In this document: positions 49,401 to 59,203 of the stretch, one piece after another
How positions within the stretch are numbered: the first letter of the stretch is position 1
Layout: the number at the start of each line of letters is the position of its first letter
Source: Vicinamibacteria bacterium
GTDB lineage: Bacteria; Acidobacteriota; Vicinamibacteria; Marinacidobacterales; Marinacidobacteraceae
Assembly: GCA_963668695.2 (NCBI GenBank)
Contig: CAXXLQ010000004.1
Span: 1,824,001 to 1,888,000, forward strand
Reading direction: 5' to 3'
Length of the DNA: 64,000 nucleotides
Notes under the pieces: generated by a model
The model's input: the letters and a program-made list of their open reading frames with translations, nothing else
What the model was told of the DNA's origin: nothing
The model's database searches: none
Program-made: the position numbers and the translations under genes

Positions 49401-50851
49401 TCGTTTCCCGGCTGGTGGGCGGCGCGAGCGGGTTGGAGTCGATTCGCCTGACGGCGCCGAACTCGCCCGGGACCTACTACTACGGCGCGTGCGTGGAGCC
49501 GGTGAGCGAGGAGAGCGACACTGCCAACAACTGCTCAGCCGGCTTGCCGCTTACGGTGGAGTCGGGCGGCGGGGCGGCGGCGGATCTGGTCGTTGAGTCT
49601 CCCGAGGTGAGCAGCAATACGGTGGTTCCGGAGGCGTCCTTCACGCTGTCGGCAACCGTCCGGAACCAGGGCGCCGGTCGGTCCGACTCAACGACGTTGC
49701 GTTACTACCGTTCGTCGGACGCGACGATCTCGACGAGCGATCTGGAGGTGGGCACGGATTCCGTTTTCGGGCTGTCTGGCGGCGCGAGCGGGTTGGAGTC
49801 GATTCGCCTGACGGCGCCGGTTTCGCCCGGGACGCACTACTACGGTGCATGCGTGGAGCCGGTGAGCGGGGAGAGCGACCCCGGCAACAACTGCTCGGCC
49901 GCTGTGCCACTTACTGTGGAGGCGGTCGCCGGACCGGATCTCGTCGTTGAATCTCCCGAAGTGAGCACCAGTTCGGTGATTCCGGGGAAGGGCTTCACGC
50001 TGTCGGCCACCGTCCGGAACCAGGGCGGCAGTCGGTCGGCGTCGACGACGCTGCACTACTACCGTTCGTTGGACTCCACAATTTCGACGGGCGACATGGA
50101 GGAGGGCACGGATTCCGTTTTCGGGCTGTCAGCGGGCAGGAGCGGGTTGGAGTCGATTCGATTGACGGCGCCGAACTCGCCCGGGACGTACTACTACGGC
50201 GCGTGCGTGGAGCCGGTGAGCGAGGAGAGCGACACCGGCAACAACTGTTCGGCCGGCGTCTCGCTTACGGTGGAGTCGGGCGGCGGAGCGCCGGACCTCG
50301 TTGCTGAATCTCCCGAGGTCAGCCGGACGATGGTGGTTCCGGATGGTTTCTTCACGCTGTCGGCTACCGTCCGGAACCAGGGCATTGGTCCGTCCGGCTC
50401 GACGACGCTGCGCTACTACCGCTCGTCGGACTCGACGATCTCGACGAACGATACGGAGGTCAAGACGATTTCCCTCGAGGCGCTGACAGCCGGCGGCAGA
50501 GTGACGGCGTCAGTTCTCCTGAGGGCGCCGAGTTCGCGTGGAACGTATTACTACGGCGCTTGCGTCGATGCGGTCAGTGGGGAGAGCGACACCGGCAACA
50601 ACTGCTCGGCCGGGGTGCGGGTCGAAGTCGGATCCACGGGACCCGCCTGCACGGTCGGCCAGTTGTTGAGTCCCGGTGAGTTCTGCACGGTCGTCATTCC
50701 CGGTTTCAGCCTCACTGACAATCGGTTTCGGGTTACCTCAGACGGGCGAGGCTGTTACGAAGTCTTGTGTGTCGATGGCAGCCTGAGCCTGAACGGGTTC
50801 GTGGCCACCAAACAGAGTGACGGCAGGTGGCGGATCGACGCACTGCCCTAA
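46401..50851 (+). pseudogene. Large secreted/lipoprotein with ten 120-aa CARDB-like repeats; apparent frameshifts near 48330, 48472 and 48698
   Basis: Repeat 'PDLVVESP.VSS.TV.P..SFTLSATVRNQG...TTLRYYRS.D..IST...GTYYYGACVE.VSGESDTGNNCS'; the frame changes within repeats 4-5. Confidence 0.8.
47057..50630 (+). repeat. Ten tandem intragenic repeats of about 360 bp
   Basis: Unit starts near 47057, 47417, 47777, 48137, 48495, 48857, 49217, 49577, 49931 and 50288. Confidence 0.92.
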
Positions 50852-51067
50852 CAGCCTGTGGATAAAGTGGTGTGAGCGCCGAGAGCGGCCAGTTCTCCCG
50901 GTGGGGGCGAGGCGCCCGGCTGACAAGGCGCGCGAGGGAGGAGCCCCCACCGGGAGAACTGGCCCGAGTGTATTTCGACCGAAGCGCAACGATGAGCGAC
51001 GCGAAGCGGAGTGTTTCAGCCGGGATGCATCGCCGGTCGAACGCCGCATGACTTTGTCCACAGGCTG
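50852..51067 (+). mobile_element. MITE copy 3 (216 bp), CTAA target duplication at a TAA stop
   Basis: TIR CAGCCTGTGGATAAAGT / ACTTTGTCCACAGGCTG (16/17); CTAA at 50848-50851 and 51068-51071. Confidence 0.92.
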
Positions 51068-51132
51068 CTAAGGCGAGTAACCGGCTTCGGCGCCGAATCC
51101 GCCGCACCGGGGGCCGGCCGACAAGGCGCAGA

Positions 51133-52290
51133 TCAGGATCCCGGAGTCAGGTCGAGCGCCTCGACCACGTCCTGCCAGGACACGAACTTGAAGTTCTGGT
51201 TGGCCTCGGAGCCGTCCGCGGCTACGTTGACGCCGTCCTGCACCACGAGCAGGCCCATTGGATAGCTCGGCCCGAGCGGCGCGGACACGACATCCAGCCC
51301 GTCCGTGTCCTCAGTCCCGTCGACCGTTCCGCTGCCGTCACCCACGCGGAATGTCCCGCGGTAGGCGTGCGGCGGCGCACGGTCGTAGACGACGTAGGTG
51401 TTGTTCCCCTGACTGGACGCCACCAGAAAACCATCGAGCGGGCCGCCGTCCGGCGAAGCGTGGAGGGTCAGGCCTTCGACCGAGGCCGCCAGGCGTGCCC
51501 CCGGGACCTCACCGACCCCGGTGCGGTCAACCAAGAAGCGCTCGGTTGCCGCGGCGTCGGGCTCGGCGCCATAGCGCCAGATGCCCACCTCTTCCTCGCC
51601 AACGAACAGCCAGCCGTTCGCGTCGTCGGCAACGCACCCCTCCGTCTTGCTGCCGATCGCCCAGGAGCGCACCCGCGTGCCGGTCAATCCGCGCCCCCCG
51701 TCGCGATCCAGCCGCCACTGTTCTACCGCGCCTCCGAAATCGATGGCGAAGACGTACAGGTCACCGCTCGCCGCGCTGCGGTACATGCACAGACCGTAGG
51801 GCTCTTCCCGGAAGCCCGGCGTGATCGGAGCACTCAGCAGCGGCGACAGGCTGCCCGTCGCGGGATCAAGCGCGAAGACGTTGACCGTCCGGGCGGTGCG
51901 GTTCGTAGCCGCGACGACAATTGCCTCCTCCGGGCCGGCACCGCCAACCGCAGCGCGTAGATCGACGTTGTTGACCGGACCGACGTCGTTCGTCGAGACG
52001 ACTTCGCCGTCAAGCCCGTAGACGACCAACCCGCGTCGCTTGTTGGTCGCCACGATGAGACTCGCCTGCGGGTCCGCCGTGTTGACCCAGATCGCCGGGT
52101 CGTCCGCGGCGTCGCCGCCGTCCGCGACCGGTGGGGTTTCCGTGACCGCCACCACCGTCTGGGTATCAGCGGGTTGCGGAGGGGGTCCGGCGCGCAGGAA
52201 TTCCCTCACCCGACGGCCCGCCGTCCCACCGCACCCGGCGAACGCGAGCGTAAACGTTGTGACCGCGGTCAGAAAAACCCGGATCTTCAT
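51133..52290 (-). CDS. Beta-propeller phytase (3-phytase), lipoprotein
   Basis: 'DAADDPAIWV', 'NNVDLR', 'EPYGLC.Y', 'TEGCVADD', 'GEEEVGIWRY', 'SSQGNN', 'VVQDG', 'NQNFK'. Confidence 0.92.
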   Translation of the reverse strand: MKIRVFLTAVTTFTLAFAGCGGTAGRRVREFLRAGPPPQPADTQTVVAVTETPPVADGGDAADDPAIWVNTADPQASLIVATNKRRGLVVYGLDGEVVSTNDVGPVNNVDLRAAVGGAGPEEAIVVAATNRTARTVNVFALDPATGSLSPLLSAPITPGFREEPYGLCMYRSAASGDLYVFAIDFGGAVEQWRLDRDGGRGLTGTRVRSWAIGSKTEGCVADDANGWLFVGEEEVGIWRYGAEPDAAATERFLVDRTGVGEVPGARLAASVEGLTLHASPDGGPLDGFLVASSQGNNTYVVYDRAPPHAYRGTFRVGDGSGTVDGTEDTDGLDVVSAPLGPSYPMGLLVVQDGVNVAADGSEANQNFKFVSWQDVVEALDLTPGS

Positions 52291-52303
52291 GCCGCCTTCT
52301 CCT

Positions 52304-53395
52304 TCACACTTTCAGGTAGATCCGCCGCCGGTCCAGAACCACCGCGATCGCCGTCCACACCGCCACGTTCGCGAGGGCGAACCCGAGGGATCCGTTCAGC
52401 GGGCCGAGCCAAGACGCGAAGAGCGTATCGTAGGTCCAGGTGTAGGCCGAGCCGTCGCCCCGCTCGGGAAAGAGCAGCATGGTCTTGATGACCAGCCCGG
52501 AGCCCACGAAGGCCAGGATGGAGTTCTTCCCGAGCGCCTCCAGGGGAGCGGTCCAGCGCGGCGGCTTCCGGAGGTCCATGATCAGGAAGAAGCGAGGCAG
52601 CAGGCAAAGCGCGATGCCCGCGGTGAACAGCACGTAGGAACTCGTCCAGAGGTTCTTGTTGATCGGCAGCCAGAAGCTCCAGATCCAGCCCGCGGTCAGC
52701 AGCGTGAATCCGGCGGTCAGCATGCCGGTCGTCTTCTGGAAGGGGGGGCTGGCCGACCGGAGCCACTGTCCACAGAAAATCCCGAGCAGCGCGCTTGCGA
52801 TCGCCGGGACCGTGGAGAGGACCCCCTCGGGGTCCCAGGTCCCCTGGTAGAGGGTCCCGGGCAGGAGGACGCGGTCCAGGAAGGCGGCGATGTTCGTTCC
52901 GGGGTCGAGGTCGCCCGCGACGCCGCCCGAAGCGGGGACGAACCGCATGACGGCGGCGAAGCCGATCAGGCAGGCGGCGGTGAACGCGGTGAGGCCCCGG
53001 CGGCCCAGCCACAGGAACGCCGCACCGACCACCAGATAGACCACCCCGATCCGCTGCAGCACGCCCGGCAGCCGGAGGCTCCCAAGGTCGACGAACGGCC
53101 AGGCCGCGAGCAGCAGGCCGAGCAGGATGAGGATCGAGCTGCGGCGCAGAACCCGGAGGAAGAGCGTCCCGCGCGGGTCTCCCGTTTCCATCCGCCGCCC
53201 CAGCGAGAACGGAATGGCCACGCCCACGATGAACAGGAAGAAGGGGAAGATCAGGTCCGTCGGCGTCCAGCCATGCCACGGCGCATGGAGCAGCGCCGGA
53301 TACACGTGGTCCCAGCTCCCCGGGTTGTTCACCAGGATCATCCCGGCGATCGTTGCCCCGCGGAAGGCGTCCAGGGAACGGAGACGTTTCGGCAC
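52304..53395 (-). CDS. Heparan-alpha-glucosaminide N-acetyltransferase-like (NagX/DUF5009) membrane protein
   Basis: 'RL.SLDAFRG.TIA.MILVNNPG', 'HA.WHG.TPTDLIFPFFLFIVG', 'GVLQRI', 'DPEG', 'PINKNLWTSSY'. Confidence 0.9.
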   Translation of the reverse strand: MPKRLRSLDAFRGATIAGMILVNNPGSWDHVYPALLHAPWHGWTPTDLIFPFFLFIVGVAIPFSLGRRMETGDPRGTLFLRVLRRSSILILLGLLLAAWPFVDLGSLRLPGVLQRIGVVYLVVGAAFLWLGRRGLTAFTAACLIGFAAVMRFVPASGGVAGDLDPGTNIAAFLDRVLLPGTLYQGTWDPEGVLSTVPAIASALLGIFCGQWLRSASPPFQKTTGMLTAGFTLLTAGWIWSFWLPINKNLWTSSYVLFTAGIALCLLPRFFLIMDLRKPPRWTAPLEALGKNSILAFVGSGLVIKTMLLFPERGDGSAYTWTYDTLFASWLGPLNGSLGFALANVAVWTAIAVVLDRRRIYLKV

Positions 53396-53400
53396 GAGTG

Positions 53401-54975
53401 CTATGGATCCCGGATCGCGCCGATCGCCAGTTCGAGCAGTTCCTGATCGTAGGTCTCGAAGTTGGCGCGCGTCAGGGGCACGTAGATATCGGGCACCACC
53501 GGATTGCCCTCCAGGATCTCCGTATTGGGCCGGAGCGTGTGCCCGATGTTCCACATGAACTCGGCCACCGGCCGATCGGTACCGGGGAACGTGAGAACCT
53601 CTTCGTGTTCCCAGGTGTTGCTGTAACCGCCTGCCGGCATCCCCACGACCGGCGCGAGATCGTTGTCGGCGAACATGGACACGAACTGGTCCAGATGCGA
53701 ACCGCCGTGGGGTCCGGCGATGATCGCCACCCGCCCCCGGAAGTGCACCGGCGCCGGTTGCAGGATGCCGCCCGAGTCTCTCGGCAGGTGCGCGAGCTTG
53801 AAGGGCGTGGGCGGCGTGTAGTCGTCCCCCCGCAGGATCGCTTCCGCCGCATCGGTTCGCGCCCAGTCGCGGAGCCAACTGCGGCTGAGGTTCAGCCCGA
53901 AGATGTCCGGGGCGCTCTCGTCGATCTCCATGTTCTGGAACCGCTCGATCAACGCCTCTCCGGCGTCGCTCAGCCGGACATTCCCGTAGGTCGTGCGAAA
54001 CGCCCGATCCACCAGGCGCTGGATCGCGTAGGCCCCGTGCGAGCCTCCACTGCTCCCCCTGACGTCGATGACCACGTCGAAGTCCAGCACTTCGTCCCGC
54101 TCCGCCAGTTCCATGAGATCCATGACGTCCTGGATGAGTGAGAATTCGAAATCAAACCACTGCAGGAGGACGATCCGCTCGTCTTCGTTCACGTGGACTC
54201 GGAAGTTCTCCCGTTCCAGGACCATCTCGAGGTCCGGGTATTCCGGCTCGGGTCCCACGGTGTGCGTGTCCGGGTCCCCGTAGGGGAGGGACACCTCGTA
54301 ACGGTCGCCCGGAGTGCGCTCCAGCGTGAGGTTCAGGGTTTCCGAGTACAGGTCGAGCGGGACGCCCGGCACCAGCATGGGCAGCTCACGAGCCATGTGC
54401 CAGTAGAGCCCGGGCAACGAGGAGTGACGTATCCACGAGGTGAACTCCTCGACGTACTCCGCGATGCTCCGGCCGTTAACGGCGACGATGAGGTCCCCCG
54501 GTTCGGGGGAGGACAGGCCCATCCCCACCCTGGCGACAAAGAACGACGGGTTGTCGAGGTCGGAGTAGTCCGGCAGGACGTGGATCGGCGCGACGAGTTC
54601 CGGGGCGATGGGAACGTGCAGGCCGCCGTCCACCGGGTTTACCGACAGATGGCGGTCCCGCCGCGCGTTGCTGAGCTTGACCAGCGCGTAGTAGAGGTCC
54701 GCCTCGCTCTCCGCCGCGACGAACTCCGAGCGGAGAGCCTTCATGTCGGCCAGCGGGGAATAGGACAGGGCCTCCTCCTTGACTTCCGAAAAGGCCTCCC
54801 GCCGTTCGGTCTTTTCGATGATCTCGTCGAAGAGTTCCCCCAACTGGCCGGTGGACACCTCCAGCGGGATCTGGGGCACCTCCCGCATTGGAAGGCTCGT
54901 CTCGGGCATCCCGCAGCCTGCCGCCAATAACAGCCCGAGGAACAGACTGGGACAGACGGAACGCGGTCGGATCAT
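53401..54975 (-). CDS. Lipoprotein, probable S41-family peptidase with PDZ-like segment
   Basis: Lipobox AAGC; 'PGDLIVAVNG', 'VIDVRGSSGG', 'VVGMP.GG', 'EGNPVVPD'. Confidence 0.6.
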   Translation of the reverse strand: MIRPRSVCPSLFLGLLLAAGCGMPETSLPMREVPQIPLEVSTGQLGELFDEIIEKTERREAFSEVKEEALSYSPLADMKALRSEFVAAESEADLYYALVKLSNARRDRHLSVNPVDGGLHVPIAPELVAPIHVLPDYSDLDNPSFFVARVGMGLSSPEPGDLIVAVNGRSIAEYVEEFTSWIRHSSLPGLYWHMARELPMLVPGVPLDLYSETLNLTLERTPGDRYEVSLPYGDPDTHTVGPEPEYPDLEMVLERENFRVHVNEDERIVLLQWFDFEFSLIQDVMDLMELAERDEVLDFDVVIDVRGSSGGSHGAYAIQRLVDRAFRTTYGNVRLSDAGEALIERFQNMEIDESAPDIFGLNLSRSWLRDWARTDAAEAILRGDDYTPPTPFKLAHLPRDSGGILQPAPVHFRGRVAIIAGPHGGSHLDQFVSMFADNDLAPVVGMPAGGYSNTWEHEEVLTFPGTDRPVAEFMWNIGHTLRPNTEILEGNPVVPDIYVPLTRANFETYDQELLELAIGAIRDP

Positions 54976-55183
54976 GGCCGCTCCTAGCGTACCGGGTTGA
55001 AGGAGCGCCGGGCTGCGCGCGTTCCGGATCCTGTTCCGGAACCCGCGCCGCCGACAGATCCCGTCCCAGCTACCGCATCAACTGCGTAACCCGCCTCCGG
55101 CTCACGCGCTGTACGCTCGCCGGCGCACCGGCACCTGTGATGGATACGACTCCGCCCTTCCGCACGCTCCGCAGGACCGATTG

Positions 55184-55768
55184 ATGCCGGCGTTTCCCGT
55201 TCTGGCCGGGTGGGTGGCTGGCGTGCTATCGCTGGCCGCGTTCGTCCCTTACATCGTGGCCATTCTGCGCGGCCAGACCCGTCCGAACCGGGCCACCTGG
55301 TGGATCTGGACGACCACCGGGCTGATCTTGGGCGCCAGTTACTACTTCTCCGGCGCCGAGACCACCATCTGGGTACCGGTGAGCTACATCGTCGGCCCCC
55401 TGGTGACCGCGGTACTCAGCATCCGCTACGGAGAGGGCGGATCGACTCCCCTGGACCGCGGCTGCCTCATGGGCGCCGGCAGCGGCCTCCTGCTCTGGTG
55501 GTGGTTCAACTCCCCGGTCGTCGCCCTGGTCATGACGCTCGGCGTTGATTTCCTGGGCGCGGTGCCGACCATCCGGAAGGCGTACCGCGCGCCGCACACC
55601 GAAGACCGCCTCGCCTGGGCACTCTTCATCGCCGGGAACACCTTCAATCTGCTCGCGGTGGAACGCTGGGATTTCGCCATCGCGGTCTACCCGGTGTACA
55701 TGTTCCTGGCGAGCGGAACGATCACGGCGCTCGTGCTGCGGCCGAGATCTAGGAGCCTGTCCCGGTAA
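55184..55768 (+). CDS. Multi-pass membrane protein with duplicated PQ-loop/SWEET-like halves
   Basis: 'FVPYI..ILRGQTRPN..TW.IW' and 'AVPTIRKAY..P..E...AW'. Confidence 0.6.
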   Translation: MPAFPVLAGWVAGVLSLAAFVPYIVAILRGQTRPNRATWWIWTTTGLILGASYYFSGAETTIWVPVSYIVGPLVTAVLSIRYGEGGSTPLDRGCLMGAGSGLLLWWWFNSPVVALVMTLGVDFLGAVPTIRKAYRAPHTEDRLAWALFIAGNTFNLLAVERWDFAIAVYPVYMFLASGTITALVLRPRSRSLSR

Positions 55769-55771
55769 TCG

Positions 55772-55905
55772 CACGGCATTTGACGGGCGATGCATCCCGG
55801 CTGAACCGCTTCGCTCTGCGTTGCAAATCGGTCGAAATACACCCGGTATTCCTCCCGATTCGCGCCTTGTCAGCCGGGCGCCTCGCCCGTCTCGGTGCTC
55901 GCACC
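55772..55905 (-). mobile_element. Degenerate MITE copy lacking TIRs and lacking all micro-insertions
   Basis: Reverse complement of the MITE core (GGCGAGGCGCCCGGCTGACAAGGCGCG..GGGAGGAATACCGGGTGTATTTCGACCG..TTCAGCCGGGATGCATCGCC). Confidence 0.8.
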
Positions 55906-55942
55906 ATTACCGGGAAAGACTCCGAGTGATACAACCCCAGCC

Positions 55943-57223
55943 GTGACCCACCCCACCTTCCGTCGCATCCGCCCGCTCTGGCCCGACCACCTCGGCCTCG
56001 CCCGCGGCAAGGTCCTTCTTCCCAGCGCTGTCGCCACCGGGCACTGCCTCGCCACCTTCGCTCTCGGCTTCGACCGGGAGATGGACGCCTACCCGGGGTC
56101 CGGCCTCCTCGAGGGCCTCCCCGACATGCGCGCCGTCTTCGATCCGGCCGCGGTGCGGGAAGGCTGGACCGACGGCATCGGCGTGGTGGTTGCCGATCTG
56201 GAAGCGCACGGCAAGCCGCTCGAGCGTTCGCCCCGCCGCATCCTGAAGCGCGCGATCGCCGCGTACGAGGCCGACGGACGAGGCCCGGTGGTGGGCATCG
56301 AGCTGGAGGCGTTCCTGCTGCAACCTGACGGAGAGGGCGGCTTCAACCCGATCCACACTCCCGGCTCCCATGTCTACGGCTCGGGGCCGCTGATGGATCC
56401 CGACGGGATTCTGGAGGACGTGCTCGACGCCGCCGAGCGCGCCGGGATCGTGCTCGAGTCCTTCCACAGCGAGTACGAGGACGGGCAGTTCGAGCTGACC
56501 CTCGGCAAGAACGACGCCCTCACCGCCGCCGACGAGGCGTTCCTGTTCAAACTGCTGGCCCGCGAAGTAGCGGCGGAACGCGGCTACCACCTCACCTTCA
56601 TCGGGAAGCCGTTCACCGACCGCGGCGGGTCGGGGCTTCACGTCAACCTGAGTCTGGAGACGAAAGGAAAGAACCTCTTCGACGACCCGAAGGGCGATGC
56701 CGGCCTTTCGAAGCTGGCCTGGTCGGCGGTCGCCGGTCTTCTCCGTCACCACCGGGGGCTCGCCGGGGCGGTCGCCCCCACCGTGAACTCCTACCGCCGG
56801 CTGCGCCCGGGGCAGATGAGCGGCTACTGGGCCAACTGGGGCCACGACCACCGCGGCTGCACCGTGCGGATCCCCCGTGAGCGGGGCGAAGGGGCGCGAG
56901 TCGAGCACCGCCTCGCCGACGGCGCCTGCGGCCCCCACCTCGCGGTGGCGGCCACCCTGCTGGCTGCCCAGCTGGGGATCCGGCAGGAACTCACCCCTCC
57001 TCCCGAAGAGACCAGCGACTGTCTGGAAGGCGCTTCCACGGACGTCGCCGTGGCCGACGACCTCGCCCGCGCGCTGGATGATCTCGAGGCCGACGAGGAC
57101 CTCGTGGCTGCCTTCGGGGAGGAATTCGTGCGGATGCACGTCACGGTCAAGCGCCGCGAATGGGAGCGCTACCGCGCCCACACGAGTGACTGGGAGAAGC
57201 GCGAGTACCTTCCCTATCTCTGA
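55943..57223 (+). CDS. Glutamine synthetase-like gamma-glutamyl amine ligase
   Basis: 'D..GLARGK', 'GIELEAFL', 'HSEY..GQFEL', 'GKPF....GSGLHVNLS', 'PTVNSYRRL', 'RVEHR'. Confidence 0.9.
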   Translation: MTHPTFRRIRPLWPDHLGLARGKVLLPSAVATGHCLATFALGFDREMDAYPGSGLLEGLPDMRAVFDPAAVREGWTDGIGVVVADLEAHGKPLERSPRRILKRAIAAYEADGRGPVVGIELEAFLLQPDGEGGFNPIHTPGSHVYGSGPLMDPDGILEDVLDAAERAGIVLESFHSEYEDGQFELTLGKNDALTAADEAFLFKLLAREVAAERGYHLTFIGKPFTDRGGSGLHVNLSLETKGKNLFDDPKGDAGLSKLAWSAVAGLLRHHRGLAGAVAPTVNSYRRLRPGQMSGYWANWGHDHRGCTVRIPRERGEGARVEHRLADGACGPHLAVAATLLAAQLGIRQELTPPPEETSDCLEGASTDVAVADDLARALDDLEADEDLVAAFGEEFVRMHVTVKRREWERYRAHTSDWEKREYLPYL

Positions 57224-57235
57224 GGACGCAGCCTA

Positions 57236-58465
57236 ATGAGCATGATTGCCCCTCCTCGAATCACGTCACTGAAAGTGCAGAACTACCGTGCCTTGCGCAA
57301 AGTTGTGCTACCCGACTTGACGCCGCTTACGGTGCTACTTGGCCCGAACGGTAGCGGGAAGTCGACCGTCTTCGATGTGTTCGCTTTTCTCTCGGAGTGC
57401 TTTACGGACGGAATTCGAAGGGCTTGGGATCGGCGTGGGCGCTTTCGTGAGTTACGCAGCCGGGCGAGCGACGGCCCGTTGGTGTTTGAACTCAAATACC
57501 GCGAGCGACACCGGACGCCCCTCATCACGTATCACTTGGAAATCGATGAGGAAAAGGGCCGGCCCGTAGTTACCCACGAGTTTCTGCGCTGGAAGAGGGG
57601 ACAGTGGGGCCAGCCGTTCAGATTCATGGAATACCGACGCGGTGAGGGAGAAGTGATTACGGGCGAGAGCCCGCAGCGCGACGACGTCCGAAGGCCACGC
57701 AGGTTGTCCGGCCCCGATGTTCTGGCCGTCAGCACGCTCGGAATGTTGGCGGAAAACCCTCGCGTGATCGCGTTCCGGGAATTCGTCACGAATTGGCATC
57801 TCTCCTATCTTTCCGCGGCCGCAGTGCGCGGAAACCCCGAGGCCGGGGGGCAGGAGCGGCTGTCGCCGACGGGCGACAATCTGGCCAATGTAATCCAGCA
57901 CCTGCGCGAACAACATTCCGACCGACTTGACGAGATCTTTCGGATCCTCCGCCGACGGGTGCCTCGAATCGAGAGGGTCCAAGCGGAGGCCCTGGCGGAC
58001 GGTCGCCTGCTTCTTCGGATCAAGGACGCCCCGTTTTCGACACCCGTGCTTTCGCGGTTCGCGTCGGATGGGACGTTGAAGATGTTGGCTTATCTAACGT
58101 TGCTGCACGATCCGGTCCCGCCGAAGCTGATCGGCATCGAGGAACCGGAGAACTTCTTGCACCCCAGGCTTCTGCCGGAACTGGCAGAAGAGTGTCGGGT
58201 CGCCTCGGAGAGCACCCAGTTGCTCATCACAAGCCATTCACCATTCTTCGTGGACGAACTACGGCCCACCGAAGTGCGTGTGCTTTGGCGCGACGAAGCG
58301 GGGTACACGCAAGTCCAGCGTGTCTCCGACAGCCGGGGTGTCAATGAATTCGTGGAAGAGGGCGCGCGTCTCGGCGACCTTTGGATGGAAGGCCATTTCG
58401 GCGCTGGCGATCCTCTCGTCAATCAAGGTGCACCGGCCAGAAGGCTGAGCGGTGGCGGTGAATGA
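57236..58465 (+). CDS. AAA_21-type ABC ATPase
   Basis: 'V.NYRAL', Walker A GPNGSGKS, 'SDGT', Walker B 'IEEPEN.LHP', 'TSHSP'; lower GC than flanks. Confidence 0.9.
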   Translation: MSMIAPPRITSLKVQNYRALRKVVLPDLTPLTVLLGPNGSGKSTVFDVFAFLSECFTDGIRRAWDRRGRFRELRSRASDGPLVFELKYRERHRTPLITYHLEIDEEKGRPVVTHEFLRWKRGQWGQPFRFMEYRRGEGEVITGESPQRDDVRRPRRLSGPDVLAVSTLGMLAENPRVIAFREFVTNWHLSYLSAAAVRGNPEAGGQERLSPTGDNLANVIQHLREQHSDRLDEIFRILRRRVPRIERVQAEALADGRLLLRIKDAPFSTPVLSRFASDGTLKMLAYLTLLHDPVPPKLIGIEEPENFLHPRLLPELAEECRVASESTQLLITSHSPFFVDELRPTEVRVLWRDEAGYTQVQRVSDSRGVNEFVEEGARLGDLWMEGHFGAGDPLVNQGAPARRLSGGGE

Positions 58466-59079
58466 CCCCGCGCCACCTGGAATTCCTCGTGGAGGAGCCG
58501 TCCGTGGAGGAATTCCTGCGAGTGTTTCTTCCCCGTGCACTGCCCGAACAGGGTACGTTTGATGTCCACTCCTTCGGAAGCAAGAACGTCTTGCAGCGGG
58601 AACTCAAGAATCGTCTCCGCGGCTATGCGCGGTGGCTACCCGAGGACTGGCGCATCATCGTTGTGATGGACCGGGACAGCGACGATTGCCACGCGCTCAA
58701 GAAAGAACTGGAGATGGCGGCGTCGGCTGCGGGGCTGCGTACACGGTCTCAAGGTGGCAAGAGCCCCTGGCAGGTGGTCAACCGTATCGCCATTGAAGAG
58801 CTCGAGGCGTGGTATTTCGGCGATTGGGAGGCCGTGCGCGAGGCCTACCCTCGCGTTCCCGCTACCGTTCCTCAACGGGCGCCATTCCGCGACCCCGATG
58901 CGATTCTCGGAGGAACTTGGGAAGCGTTCGAGAGGATACTGAGGCGGCACGGGTACTTCAGGACCGGGTTACGGAAGAGGGAGGCAGCCCGGACAATCGC
59001 GGCTCAGATACGTCACGATAAAAGCCGCTCGCGAAGTTTCGAGGTGTTTGTTGAGGCCATTCTTGAAGCAGCAGCGTGA
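58462..59079 (+). CDS. DUF4276-family protein (TOPRIM-like motifs)
   Basis: 'FLVEEPS.E', '[12 protein letters not shown]', '[11 protein letters not shown]', 'SRSF'; ATGA-coupled to the ATPase. Confidence 0.8.
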   Translation: MTPRHLEFLVEEPSVEEFLRVFLPRALPEQGTFDVHSFGSKNVLQRELKNRLRGYARWLPEDWRIIVVMDRDSDDCHALKKELEMAASAAGLRTRSQGGKSPWQVVNRIAIEELEAWYFGDWEAVREAYPRVPATVPQRAPFRDPDAILGGTWEAFERILRRHGYFRTGLRKREAARTIAAQIRHDKSRSRSFEVFVEAILEAAA

Positions 59080-59203
59080 TACTCCTGGTAGCTAGGGAAC
59101 CGAACCGTTTCGGCGCTCACACCGGTGACCGGGACGAGCGACGATTCCCTTCCCTATGTGTCACGGCCTTTCCGTCGGATCCCGGTGTGCCGACTACCTT
59201 GCC

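Noticed and set aside
47057-50630. Possible DGR template/variable repeats or CRISPR
   Set aside because: Repeats are in-frame protein domains, differences are not adenine-specific and no reverse transcriptase is in the window.
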